From Verrucomicrobiota bacterium (GTDB lineage: Bacteria; Verrucomicrobiota; Verrucomicrobiia; Limisphaerales; AAA164-E04): DNA of 64,000 nucleotides. Of the stretch, positions 51,620-60,964 are shown one piece after another (the stretch's first letter is position 1; each line of letters begins with the position of its first letter). The translations under genes were made by a program, and so were the position numbers. The stretch covers positions 768,001 to 832,000 of the forward strand of contig CP170459.1 in NCBI GenBank assembly GCA_047947115.1, given 5' to 3'. A model generated the notes under the pieces. That model saw only the letters and a list, made by a program, of their open reading frames with translations. It made no database searches and had not been told where the DNA came from.

Positions 51620-51659
51620 TTGACAGTTGATTTTTTTTGCGTACACTAATCCTGTACGC
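51620..51659 (+). promoter_or_regulatory. Sigma70 promoter and palindromic operator of yefM-yoeB
   Basis: TTGACA (51620-25), 16 nt, TACACT (51642-47); palindrome GCGTACA-ctaatcc-TGTACGC (51639-59) overlaps the -10 box. Confidence 0.7.
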
Positions 51660-51661
51660 TT

Positions 51662-51925
51662 ATGGAAGCTACCTATTCAGAAACCAGATCGAATTTCGCG
51701 TCATTGTGGGATAAAGTCATCGACGAACGGGAACCTCTCACCATCCATCGTCGAGGCGCGGAAGACGTGTCGCTTTTGCCGACCGCTGAGTTGCGAAGTC
51801 TGCAGGAAACGGCCTATCTGATGCGGTCCCCAAAAAACGCAAGGCGTTTGCTCGAAGCGCTCATGTCCTCTATCGAGCAACAAGGTGAAACAGTCTCCTT
51901 GGAGACACTTCGAAAAGATCTGTGA
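51662..51925 (+). CDS. yefM: Phd/YefM antitoxin
   Basis: TYSETRSNFASLWDKV..EPLTIHRRG..SLQETAYLMRSPKNARRL. Confidence 0.9.
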   Translation: MEATYSETRSNFASLWDKVIDEREPLTIHRRGAEDVSLLPTAELRSLQETAYLMRSPKNARRLLEALMSSIEQQGETVSLETLRKDL

Positions 51926-51929
51926 AACC

Positions 51930-52199
51930 GTGACCAGGAAGAAACGTATCTGCATTGTTCAAGAGCAATTCCGAGAAGACCTTCGCACCTGGATAAAACA
52001 AGACAAAAAAATTGCTTCGAAGGTCCTGGACATGGTGGAGGAGGTATTGAAAACCCCATTTGAAGGCCGGGGAAAACCGGAACCATTGAAATACCTCCCA
52101 GGAAATGTATGGTCACGCAGAATCACACATGAAGATCGATTGGTTTACAGGGTTTATGACGACAAGGTCGATTTTCTTCAGGCAAAATACCATTATTAA
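51930..52199 (+). CDS. yoeB: Txe/YoeB toxin
   Basis: FREDLRTW..TPFEGRGKPEPLKY..WSRRITHEDRLVY..QAKYHY. Confidence 0.92.
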   Translation: MTRKKRICIVQEQFREDLRTWIKQDKKIASKVLDMVEEVLKTPFEGRGKPEPLKYLPGNVWSRRITHEDRLVYRVYDDKVDFLQAKYHY

Positions 52200-52206
52200 T
52201 ACAGGA

Positions 52207-53072
52207 GGTAGGGACCTGCTGCAGCAGGTCCGTGAGCGCGTTTGAAACATTCGAAACCTTGCGGGGTTATTCGGACACACCAACGGCCGAGCAGCAGCTC
52301 AGCCCTACCAATAGCTGGCGCACTTCACCGGTAGGGACCTGCTGCCGCAGGTCCGTGAGCGCGTTTGAAACATTCGAAACCTTGCAGGGTTATTCGGACA
52401 CACCAACGGCCGAGCAGCAGCTCAGCCCTGCCAATAGCTGGCGCATTACACCGGTAGGGACCCGCTGCCGCAGGTCCGCGAGCGCGTTTGAAACATTCGA
52501 AACCTTGCGGGGTTATTCGGACACACCAACGGCCGAGCAGCAGCTCAGCCCTACCAATAGCTGGCGCACTTCACCGGTAGGGACCTGCTGCCGCAGGTCC
52601 GTGAGCGCGTTTGAAACATTCGAAACCTTGCAGGGTTATTCGGACACACCAACGGCCGAGCAGCAGCTCAGCCCTGCCAATAGCTGGTGCACTGCACAGG
52701 TAGGGACCTGCTGCCGCAGGTCCGCGAACGCGTTTGAAACATTCGAAACCTTGCAGGGTTATTCGGACACACCAACGGCCGAGCAGCAGCTCAGCCCTAC
52801 CAATAGCTGGTGCACTACACAGGTAGGGACCTGCTGCCGCAGGTCCGCGAGCGCGTAAGAAACATTCGAAACCTTGCAGGGGTATTCGGACACGCCAACG
52901 GCCGAGCAGCAGCTCAGCCCTACCAATAGCTGGTGCACTGCACAGGTAGGGACCTGCTGCCGCAGGTCCGCGAACGCGTTTGAAACATTCGAAACCTTGC
53001 AGGGTTATTCGGACACACCAACGGCCGAGCAGCAGCTCAGCCCTACCAATAGCTGGCGTACTTCACCGGTAG
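52207..53072. repeat. Tandem array of 7 x 123-bp units, each an inverted pair of GTAG-class REPs (BIME/REPIN-like)
   Basis: Unit starts at 52207, 52330, 52453, 52576, 52699, 52822 and 52945 (plus GGTAG at 53068); REP1 GGTAGGGACCTGCTGCCGCAGGTCCG, REP2 CGGCCGAGCAGCAGCTCAGCCCTACC. Confidence 0.95.
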
Positions 53073-53194
53073 ATAAGTTCCACCTCGTTCCCTTTTTTAA
53101 ACCTATAGGTATCTCCTGACCAAGTGACGTGGAACGCGGGAAGATTTCACCCTGCCGATCGCCTGCGGCATTTCCATTGTGCAGGTAATGGATT

Positions 53195-54439
53195 TCACAA
53201 CCCACAAGGTCTGAAGTGGGCTCTAGACGGAGCTTGCCCCTCCAGGCTGTGCAACAATGCTTCGGCGCACGCTTTCGCAAATGCTGGATCGTTGATTTCC
53301 GCATCTTGTTCGATCACGGGTATGTCGGAGCGAAGATGATCTTTGATGCCTTTGAACAATGCTTCGTCTGCAGCAGTATCATGGAAGGATTGTCCGGGTG
53401 CGCTGATCACGCTGATCGCTTTCAGCGGCAACAAGACCGTAACAGGAGCTGTGTAAGCATTGATCTTTTCAGCCAGAATGCGTCCGAGTTTTGCGCATTC
53501 TTCTTGATTCGTGCGCATCAAAGTGACTTGTGGATTGTGATGGTAAAACGTTCTGCCCGCGAATTTGGAAGGCACGGTCTCTGGTTCTCCAAAATTGACC
53601 ATGTCCAGACACCCGGGCACTACAATCGCCGGTAACTTCGCCTTGCCGGTGGCTTCATGACGATGAGGGCCGGCGGATAATACTCCTCCCACGAGTTCAT
53701 CGGCCCACTCGGTTGCCGTGATGTCGAGCACGCCCACCACCAAACCGCTTTCGATCAGCGATTCCATGCAACGGCCACCGGATCCGGTAGAATGAAACAC
53801 CAGCACTTCGTAGCCGGCCTGTTCCAGGATTATCCTGGCTTCCTCGACACATTGAGTGGTGTTGCCGAACATACTGGCCACGATGATGGGTTTGTCTTCT
53901 GTTGCATCTACTTTGGATTCCACCATCCCGCAGATGGCTCCCGCCCCCCGAGTGAAGATCGTTCGTGAAATGCGGTTGAGTCCCGACACATCCACGATGC
54001 TGGGCATCATGACAATGTCTTTGGTACCGACATAATGTTCCGTGTTGCCGCTGGCCAAAGTGGAAATCATCAACTTGGGAAAACCCACCGGAAGCGCCCG
54101 CATGGCAGCGGTGGCAATCGCTGTTCCGCCACCACCGCCCAGCGACACAACACCTTGAATGCCTCCTTCCTTAACCAATTGCTGCAGCAGCACAGGAGCA
54201 GCTTTAGCCATGGCGGCCACCGATTCACCGCGATCTTGTCTGGCCAGCACCGCATTCAAATCGATTTCTCCGGCGGCGGCCACTTCTTCGCGGGTGATCT
54301 GATGTGCCACGGTCGCGGGAGCCCCCGTGCCGACGTCGATCATCAGAGTTTCATGACCGTGCTTGCGAATCTCGTGCGCGATGAAGGCATGCTCGGCGCC
54401 CTTGGTATCCAAGGTTCCGAGGACTGCGATGGTTGCCAT
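53195..54439 (-). CDS. Tm-1-like ATP-binding domain protein (UPF0261)
   Basis: IAVLGTLDTKGAE, DRGESVAAM, GGGGGT, LPVGFPKLMIST, SMFGNTTQCV, FHSTGSGG, HNPQVTLMRT. Confidence 0.9.
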   Translation of the reverse strand: MATIAVLGTLDTKGAEHAFIAHEIRKHGHETLMIDVGTGAPATVAHQITREEVAAAGEIDLNAVLARQDRGESVAAMAKAAPVLLQQLVKEGGIQGVVSLGGGGGTAIATAAMRALPVGFPKLMISTLASGNTEHYVGTKDIVMMPSIVDVSGLNRISRTIFTRGAGAICGMVESKVDATEDKPIIVASMFGNTTQCVEEARIILEQAGYEVLVFHSTGSGGRCMESLIESGLVVGVLDITATEWADELVGGVLSAGPHRHEATGKAKLPAIVVPGCLDMVNFGEPETVPSKFAGRTFYHHNPQVTLMRTNQEECAKLGRILAEKINAYTAPVTVLLPLKAISVISAPGQSFHDTAADEALFKGIKDHLRSDIPVIEQDAEINDPAFAKACAEALLHSLEGQAPSRAHFRPCGL

Positions 54440-54484
54440 GGTTGGGAGGGATTATGAAGATTTCAGTCGTGCTTCATCATACGC

Positions 54485-55198
54485 TCAAGGCTTCTCCGAA
54501 ACCCACTTCAAGGCATTCTTCAGAATTGTTTGATAAGCCTCATGACTGTGCGACTGCCCATCATGACCCAAAGTAATTCCCACGACACGGGCTTTCGGAT
54601 GTTTGATGATGAACACGCTTGGGTAATGATCATTCTTGATCTTGGAATAGGCGGTCGCCAACACTTCGATACCGGGCCCCCTGGGATCGACTTTCTGATA
54701 ATAGAGCTCATCCGTGATCTCAAATGTGACAGGAACACCTTTCATCACCGGATGCTCCTCATCGACCACGTCCACCGTGAAGGGCCCCAAACGATCGTGA
54801 CCTCTCGCGCCGCCACCTGCCAGATCGCGATTGAACTCCGGCCAATCCCTCCAGCTGTACCAAAGCGCGGAATGAACCAGCAACATGCCTTTGCCTTCGT
54901 TCAGGTGCTGAACGATCGCATCTTTGGAGGCCTGATCTTCAAAAGGTTTGTTGTTGCTCAGATATAGCACATCCACACCCGCGATCGTTTCCTTCATATC
55001 GGATGTTTTCTCGGTGTAATCCACTATCACATCGGAACTCTCCAGCAGCTTTTTATCAGCCAGATTGAACCAACGTTGAAAATCGTGATAGGTACCTCCC
55101 CCGACAATCAGTGTGTTTAACGGATCAGCCGACGTAACGCCGCAAACAAGAACCAATGCACAAATGGATGCCCAACGATGGAGAATATATTTTTTCAT
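54485..55198 (-). CDS. Secreted ThuA-like domain protein (class I glutamine amidotransferase-like fold)
   Basis: Signal peptide; GGGTYHDF, GKGMLLVHSA, HPVMKGVP.TFEITDELY, RVVGITLGHD. Confidence 0.8.
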   Translation of the reverse strand: MKKYILHRWASICALVLVCGVTSADPLNTLIVGGGTYHDFQRWFNLADKKLLESSDVIVDYTEKTSDMKETIAGVDVLYLSNNKPFEDQASKDAIVQHLNEGKGMLLVHSALWYSWRDWPEFNRDLAGGGARGHDRLGPFTVDVVDEEHPVMKGVPVTFEITDELYYQKVDPRGPGIEVLATAYSKIKNDHYPSVFIIKHPKARVVGITLGHDGQSHSHEAYQTILKNALKWVSEKP

Positions 55199-55264
55199 AA
55201 ATGACGTAACCGGGTTGATCAGTATTGAAGTGAATCAGACACGCGCGGTCAAGCGCCACACGCC

Positions 55265-56146
55265 TTAAAATTTGAATTTTCCGGCAGCGGGAGCTTTAAG
55301 GGATTTGAATTTACGGGTGAGTTGAGTGAGGGATTCCTCAACTGCCATGCGTTCCAGAGAACTGGCACCCACAAAACCCAGCACATCCGAATGCTTCATG
55401 ATTTTGTCGGCATCTTCCGGCGTGTTGATGGGTCCACCGTGCGCCAAAAAGATCACATCCTTGCGGTGTTGTTGCACGGCATCGATGATTTCTTTGCAAC
55501 GCTGGATCGCAAAATCCCAGGTTACCACCGCATTGGTCACTCCAATCGAACCACCCACAGTCGTGCCTACGTGCACGATGATCGCATCCGCTCCGGCCTT
55601 GGCCATCTCCACGGCTTCTTCGGGTGTGGCGACATACACAACGGAAAACAAATCCATCTTCCGCGCCAAAGCAACCATCTCAAATTCCTTCTTCACGCTC
55701 ATCCCGGTCTCCTCCAGCACACCCCGGAAATGACCGTCGACAATGGTATGGGTCGGGAAATTGTTCACCCCCGAAAACCCCATATCCTTGACCTGAAGCA
55801 ACCAGTGCCACATCCGACGCCGTGGATCCGTGGCGTGCACCCCGCAGATCACCGGCACTTCCTCCACCACCGGCAACACTTCAAACTCCCCGATCTCCAT
55901 CGCCACCGCATTGGCATCCCCGTAGGCCATCAGGCCACAGGTGGAACCATGCCCGGACATACGATAACGTCCCGAGTTATAAATAATGATCAAATCCCCC
56001 CCACCCTTTTCAATAAACTTGGCGGAGATGCCGGTTCCGGCGCCTGCAGCGATGATGGCGTCCCCTTGCTTGATCGTTTCATGAAGTCGCTCGATGACTT
56101 CCTTGCGTGTGTAAGGATTCCCCTTACCTGTCCATGGGTTTGGCAT
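55265..56146 (-). CDS. Phosphoenolpyruvate hydrolase-like TIM-barrel protein (Tm-1 C-terminal homologue)
   Basis: AGAGTGISAK..GGGDLIIIYNSGRYRM.G.GS..GLMAYGDAN, GFSGVNNFPT, LEETGM, HGGPI, GFVGASSLERM. Confidence 0.9.
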   Translation of the reverse strand: MPNPWTGKGNPYTRKEVIERLHETIKQGDAIIAAGAGTGISAKFIEKGGGDLIIIYNSGRYRMSGHGSTCGLMAYGDANAVAMEIGEFEVLPVVEEVPVICGVHATDPRRRMWHWLLQVKDMGFSGVNNFPTHTIVDGHFRGVLEETGMSVKKEFEMVALARKMDLFSVVYVATPEEAVEMAKAGADAIIVHVGTTVGGSIGVTNAVVTWDFAIQRCKEIIDAVQQHRKDVIFLAHGGPINTPEDADKIMKHSDVLGFVGASSLERMAVEESLTQLTRKFKSLKAPAAGKFKF

Positions 56147-56205
56147 AATTAAAAAGTAACGTGTTCAGAAATTCTAGCTTTGCGACGATTGAATTTCCAT
56201 CAAGT

Positions 56206-56607
56206 TCATTCATTGAACTGATAGAGTTCAATAGGAATGTGTTTGGCATAATGGACAAAGTCCTTGTCTTTACTGAGGATTGATATCTTCCATTTGATCG
56301 AACAGGCACAAATTAAGAAATCGGTATGGGATCCCTGGATCCCCCTGCTTCGACAGAGATTGAAACAGGATGCTGCCATCTCAAAAATTGGCTCTTCAAT
56401 GATGTGACTCGGAAACGCCCTCAATGAGTTTTTGATCTGTTCATATTGAGTGAAGTTCTTAATCCCTGATAGGATCTCCTGTCTGATCGGCCCGATCATC
56501 ACCACTTCACCGTTTGCAATCAGGTTTCTGAGAGTGGTCACACTCTTGCCTGATCTACCCTTTTTCCGGAATGCTTCAGACCAGACATCGGAATCAACGA
56601 TGACCAT
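56206..56607 (-). CDS. vapC: PIN-domain VapC toxin
   Basis: VIVDSDVWS, GPIRQEILSGI, CRSRGIQGSHTDFLICA, DKDF. Confidence 0.9.
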   Translation of the reverse strand: MVIVDSDVWSEAFRKKGRSGKSVTTLRNLIANGEVVMIGPIRQEILSGIKNFTQYEQIKNSLRAFPSHIIEEPIFEMAASCFNLCRSRGIQGSHTDFLICACSIKWKISILSKDKDFVHYAKHIPIELYQFNE

Positions 56608-56804
56608 TACAGCCTCCGGGCCTTTTTAGGTTGGTAATCGTCGAAATATTCCACCGTCCCAAAAAGATCCAGCACCTTTTGTTGCTCCCGTCGAACAATA
56701 AATTCTTTCAATGCTTCGTTGACCGTATCCTTCTTCGTCCTCTTTCCCCCTATTTTTAGAGCTTTGTTTAACAGCTCATCATCTATTGCCAAATTTGTCG
56801 CCAT
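56607..56804 (-). CDS. vapB: VapB family antitoxin
   Basis: MATNLAIDDELLNKALKIGGKRTKKDTVNEALKEFI; upstream palindrome TGTGTA-n6-TACACA and a TTGACT -35-like box. Confidence 0.88.
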   Translation of the reverse strand: MATNLAIDDELLNKALKIGGKRTKKDTVNEALKEFIVRREQQKVLDLFGTVEYFDDYQPKKARRL

Positions 56805-56829
56805 GTGTAGACACTTACACAAATGTGGC

Positions 56830-57880
56830 ACATAGTCAATCAAACTGGTTTTCAACGGAAGTACATTCTGGTCAGATTATCAACAACAATTATCAGATTG
56901 ATATTACTGTGGGAGCTAAACACTACTTCGCTTTGGTAGGCTTGAGCGAACCAGCACTTCAGGATGAGGTTGTTGGTGGCCTTGTGCCTTTCAAACTTTC
57001 GGAAGCAGAGCATCAGTTCATGCTCCAAGAGACAGATATTGCTGTAGATGTAGATTCTGCGGTTGATGCTGCTGAACAATCTTTCAGCGAAAGCTACCCA
57101 AATGGGAACATTTACTTCAAAAAGAGCAGATTTTACAAAGGTTCTGCACTGCATTCACTGAGATATTCAACAGTTTTGGGGCGTGTTGGTTGTTTCTAAT
57201 ATAGTTTAAAATACTGCAATTTGATGTTTTTGCTATAAATAAAACCCAATCAAATACCAACAGAACACCAACAAAACCCAACCAAATACCAACAAAACGA
57301 AGATAAATTATCTTATTCCAAAGCCATTTTGATTAAATAAAGGCCATAAAATGCTGTCTTTATGGCTTTTTTGCTTTTCCACACCATTTTTAAATCAAGA
57401 ACTTGTTGTTTATTTTTATAAATAGCAATCAAGATGGCCTTTGTGACGTAAATCGACACAACCAAACATCTGGTCAAATTCTCATCGGATACTCGCGAAG
57501 TTGTCCCTCCTCTCTAAAAGCAAGCAAGTGTTCAGCAACATTTGAAATAAAGGGTAGGGTCTTCTTCTACCTCTCAACAGTCACTAGGCTGTTCACCTAC
57601 CCTTCAACCAAGTAACTAAAATTAAATCTGAAAAAAATTTTCATCTTCTTTGGTAATGTTTGTTAGATTCTTGCTTTTTGCCTCATTGGGCATGCCCATA
57701 TCATTACTACAGCAGACATTTCAACGGCCTCCATATCTATTATGATGAAATGCAATAATCGAACTTGCTTTAATAGGATTAAAACCATATTAAAGAGTTC
57801 GTTTTGGCGTTTTGAGATTGATCTGGATGCAGATCTGCATAGCACCTTCTGCTATGCATCAAAATGCAGAAAACCCTGAA
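56830..57880. other. AT-rich, degraded foreign segment upstream of tRNA-Arg
   Basis: Visibly much lower GC than the flanks; only short or broken ORFs; CCAACA-rich stretch at 57245-57295; 9-bp IR TGCATAGCA/TGCTATGCA at 57836-57858. Confidence 0.6.
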
Positions 57881-57881
57881 A

Positions 57882-57958
57882 GCACCGGTAGATCAACTGG
57901 ATAGATCATCTGACTTCGGATCAGAGGGTTGGGGGTTCGAATCCCTCCCGGTGTACCA
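57882..57958 (+). tRNA. tRNA-Arg (anticodon TCG)
   Basis: Acceptor stem GCACCGG/CCGGTGT, D-arm GATC-AACTGGATA-GATC, anticodon arm TCTGA-CTTCGGA-TCAGA, T-loop GTTCGAATC, encoded CCA. Confidence 0.95.
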
Positions 57959-57963
57959 TTTGC

Positions 57964-59334
57964 TTACCCCTTAAATTCCGCTACCAATCCCTGCAATGTC
58001 TGTCGTGCATCGCCGAAGAGCATGCGGGAGTTTTCACGGAAGAAGAGGGCGTTGTCGATGCCGGCAAAGCCGGAGGCCATGGAGCGTTTCATGACAATCA
58101 CCGTTCTGGCTTTGTGGGCTTCGATGATGGGCATGCCGTGAATCGGGCTGGATGGATCTTCCGCTGCCGCAGGGTTCACGATGTCGTTGGCGCCGATGAT
58201 CAGGCAGACATCGACGGTTTCCATCACGGGGTTGATGGCTTCCATTTCCACCAGTTGTTCGTAGGGTACGTTGGCTTCAGCCAATAATACGTTCATGTGG
58301 CCCGGCATACGTCCTGCAACGGGGTGGATGGCGTATTGAACTTGTGCGCCGTTGGCTTCCAGGATTTGACCGAGTTCGTGCACGGCGTGTTGGGCTTGGG
58401 CCACTGCCATGCCGTATCCAGGTACGACAGCGACTGATCGGGCGGCTTCCAATAGAATAAAGGTGTCTTCAACTGAGATGGGTTTGACCTCGCCTTCGAT
58501 TTTGTCCTGTTTCTTGGAGGTGGATGCCGAACCAAATCCACTGAACAACACGTTCCCCAGGGAACGGTTCATGGCTTTGCACATGATCTGGGTGAGGATG
58601 ATGCCGCTGGCTCCGACCAGGGAGCCGGTCACGACCAAAACGTTGTTCCGCAAAACGAATCCCGTCGCACAAGCTGCCAAACCCGAATAACTGTTGAGCA
58701 AGGCAATGATCACCGGCATGTCCGCTCCACCAATGGGAATCGTGGTCAGCACACCCAACAACAAAGCCACTCCGAGGACAATATGGAAAAAGGTCAAATT
58801 GGCTCCCCCCCCCGCACAGAATGCAACAGTCAAACCCACAACCGCGAGAATCAACACCAGATTCAAGGGCTTTTGTCCGGGAAACAGGAACGGTCGGCCG
58901 GGGAGTTTACCACTGAGTTTTCCCCAGGCGATTAAACTTCCAGTAAAAGTAAGCGCTCCGATGAAAACGGAAATGAGCACGGTGGCGTTTTGAAACACTT
59001 CAGGAGATGGCGATCGCCGATGAGCTTCCCAAGCGACGAGCAAGCTGGCCAGACCTCCCGACCCGTTGAAGAGAGCCACCATTTCCGGCATCGAAGTCAT
59101 GGCCACCAACCGGGCGGCCAGCGCTCCGATGACGGTTCCCGCCACCACGCCGACGACGATCCATTGAAAATCCAGAATGCCTTTGTTGAGCAATGTGACG
59201 ATGATCGCCAGCAGCATGCCGGATGCTGAGAGCATGTTCCCACGCCGGGCTGTGTCGGGCGAGCTGAGTTGTTTGATACCAAAAATGAAGGCGCCCGCGC
59301 TGAGCATGTAGGCTATGTCGATCCAGTGGTTCAT
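57964..59334 (-). CDS. pntB: NAD(P) transhydrogenase subunit beta
   Basis: MTSMPEMVALFNG, IGGADMPVIIALLNSYSG, VPGYGMAVAQAQH, HPVAGRMPGHMNVLLAEA. Confidence 0.96.
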   Translation of the reverse strand: MNHWIDIAYMLSAGAFIFGIKQLSSPDTARRGNMLSASGMLLAIIVTLLNKGILDFQWIVVGVVAGTVIGALAARLVAMTSMPEMVALFNGSGGLASLLVAWEAHRRSPSPEVFQNATVLISVFIGALTFTGSLIAWGKLSGKLPGRPFLFPGQKPLNLVLILAVVGLTVAFCAGGGANLTFFHIVLGVALLLGVLTTIPIGGADMPVIIALLNSYSGLAACATGFVLRNNVLVVTGSLVGASGIILTQIMCKAMNRSLGNVLFSGFGSASTSKKQDKIEGEVKPISVEDTFILLEAARSVAVVPGYGMAVAQAQHAVHELGQILEANGAQVQYAIHPVAGRMPGHMNVLLAEANVPYEQLVEMEAINPVMETVDVCLIIGANDIVNPAAAEDPSSPIHGMPIIEAHKARTVIVMKRSMASGFAGIDNALFFRENSRMLFGDARQTLQGLVAEFKG

Positions 59335-59630
59335 CGCTTGTCACCCTTCTTTTTGAACATTTCCAACATACGATCAGTGACCAGGTATCCTCCGACGACA
59401 TTGACCGTTGCCGCGATCAGGGCGATCAACCCCAACCACCGACTGAGGGTATCATCGGTTCCCGAACCTGCCGCCAGCAACGCCCCGACGATGGCGATGC
59501 CGGAAATGGCGTTGGATCCGGACATCAGGGGTGTATGCAACATGGACGGAACCTTGGAGATCAATTCAAATCCAAGCACGGCCGAAAGTAAGAAGATGAA
59601 GAAGAGATAAATGAGTAAAGTTGTTTCCAT
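59331..59630 (-). CDS. pntA: NAD(P) transhydrogenase subunit alpha part 2 (membrane)
   Basis: KVPSMLHTPLMSGSNAISG, NVVGGYLVTDRMLEMF. Confidence 0.94.
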   Translation of the reverse strand: METTLLIYLFFIFLLSAVLGFELISKVPSMLHTPLMSGSNAISGIAIVGALLAAGSGTDDTLSRWLGLIALIAATVNVVGGYLVTDRMLEMFKKKGDKR

Positions 59631-59641
59631 AACGTTGTTGA

Positions 59642-60775
59642 TTAGGAATGGATGGACTGAAACTGCGGATGAATGATTTTCCCTTCGTAGGCGATCAGGC
59701 AGGATTTCATGATCTCGTCCTCAAGGTCCCATTTCCAGGTTTTGGTTTCCTTGTCCCAGAATTCGGTGATGAGATGCACCAGATTGCTTGCGTACATCTG
59801 GCTGGCATGGAAGGCGACCCGACCGGGAAGTTTCGAAAAGCCGATCAATTTAACCCCATTGATATCCACGATCTCGTCGAGTTGAATCCCTTCAACATTG
59901 CCACCGGTTTCCACCGCCAGGTCCACCACAACGGTACCCGGCTCCATGGCATTGACGATGTCTTTGGTGACGATCTTGGGAGCGGGTTTGCCGAAGACCT
60001 GTGCCGTGGTGATCACGATGTCGGCGTTGCGATAAAACTTGAGCATGGCTTCACGTTGTTTGGCCAATTGCTCATCCGTCAATGCCTTGGCATAGCCTTG
60101 ATCAGTCTGCCCGGTTTCACCCACATCGATCTGGGCAAAACGTGCCCCCAGAGATTCGACCTGTTCGCGCACCACCGGACGAGTATCGTAGGCGGTCACT
60201 TGAGCCCCAAGACGGCGGGCTGTGGCAATGGCCTGCAATCCGGCCACACCGGCACCGACCACCAGCACCCGACAAGGTTGAATGGTTCCTGCAGCCGTCA
60301 TCATCATGGGAAACGCCTTGGTCGTATGGTTGGCGGCGATCAATACAGCCACATATCCCGCCAGATTTGCCTGAGAGGTCAAAGCGTCCATGCGTTGGGC
60401 GCGGGTGATGCGGGGCACCATTTCAATGCCGATCGCGTTGATTTGCTTGCGGGCCAGGGTTCCAACCGGTGAGGTCTTGTCGAAGGGGTTCAAGAAACCG
60501 ATGTGCAAGGAGCCTGACTGCATCTGTTCAACATCCTCTTGTGCAGGAGGATGAAAGCGCAGCACAATGTCGGCATTAGATACAACCTTCGTGCGATCAG
60601 ACTCCACACTCGCGCCGGCTTTCTCATAGGCTTCATCGGGAATGCCACTTAAGGCGCCCAATCCAGCCTCCACCACCACCTCCGCTCCCAAGGCAACCAA
60701 CTTGGTCACCGATTCGGGAACCATGGCGGTTCGCTGTTCTCCCGGTAATATTTCGGATGGTATCCCGATCTTCAT
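59642..60775 (-). CDS. pntA: NAD(P) transhydrogenase subunit alpha part 1 (soluble dI)
   Basis: PRITRAQRMDALTSQANLAGY, GAGVAGLQAIATARRLGA, EQVESLGA, DLAVETGGN. Confidence 0.95.
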   Translation of the reverse strand: MKIGIPSEILPGEQRTAMVPESVTKLVALGAEVVVEAGLGALSGIPDEAYEKAGASVESDRTKVVSNADIVLRFHPPAQEDVEQMQSGSLHIGFLNPFDKTSPVGTLARKQINAIGIEMVPRITRAQRMDALTSQANLAGYVAVLIAANHTTKAFPMMMTAAGTIQPCRVLVVGAGVAGLQAIATARRLGAQVTAYDTRPVVREQVESLGARFAQIDVGETGQTDQGYAKALTDEQLAKQREAMLKFYRNADIVITTAQVFGKPAPKIVTKDIVNAMEPGTVVVDLAVETGGNVEGIQLDEIVDINGVKLIGFSKLPGRVAFHASQMYASNLVHLITEFWDKETKTWKWDLEDEIMKSCLIAYEGKIIHPQFQSIHS

Positions 60776-60964
60776 AATGCTTAAGCTGGTGAGGGTATTG
60801 TGAAGGAAACGCGGTTCCAGACCAAGCCAATATTGACTTTGAAATAAGATAAGACACAGAGCAGAATGACCGAAGCATCTCCTTTAGGCTTTTCTTTGAA
60901 TCCCGATTTGTCACACTACATCTTATTCCGAAAACCTAGAATCCAGTTTAAGGACGATAACCTT

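Noticed and set aside
52207..53072. CRISPR array
   Set aside because: The would-be spacers are near-identical between units, the period is 123 bp, the repeats are paired GTAG REPs, and there are no cas genes in the window.
52232..53119. Repeat-protein ORFs 52232-52858 and 52874-53119
   Set aside because: They follow from the 123-bp (41-codon) unit; a TAA interrupts unit 6 and the same sequence occurs intergenically elsewhere.
53068..53244. Further degenerate REP-like motifs (GGTAGATAAGTTCCACCTCGTTCC; TGGAGGGGCAAGCTCCGTCTAGAGCCC on the minus strand in the UPF0261 3' end)
   Set aside because: Each is a single degenerate copy in this window and cannot be supported without a genome-wide search.
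56830..57880. Prophage or integrative element at the tRNA
   Set aside because: No integrase, phage gene or att duplication is visible; reported only as a low-GC relic.
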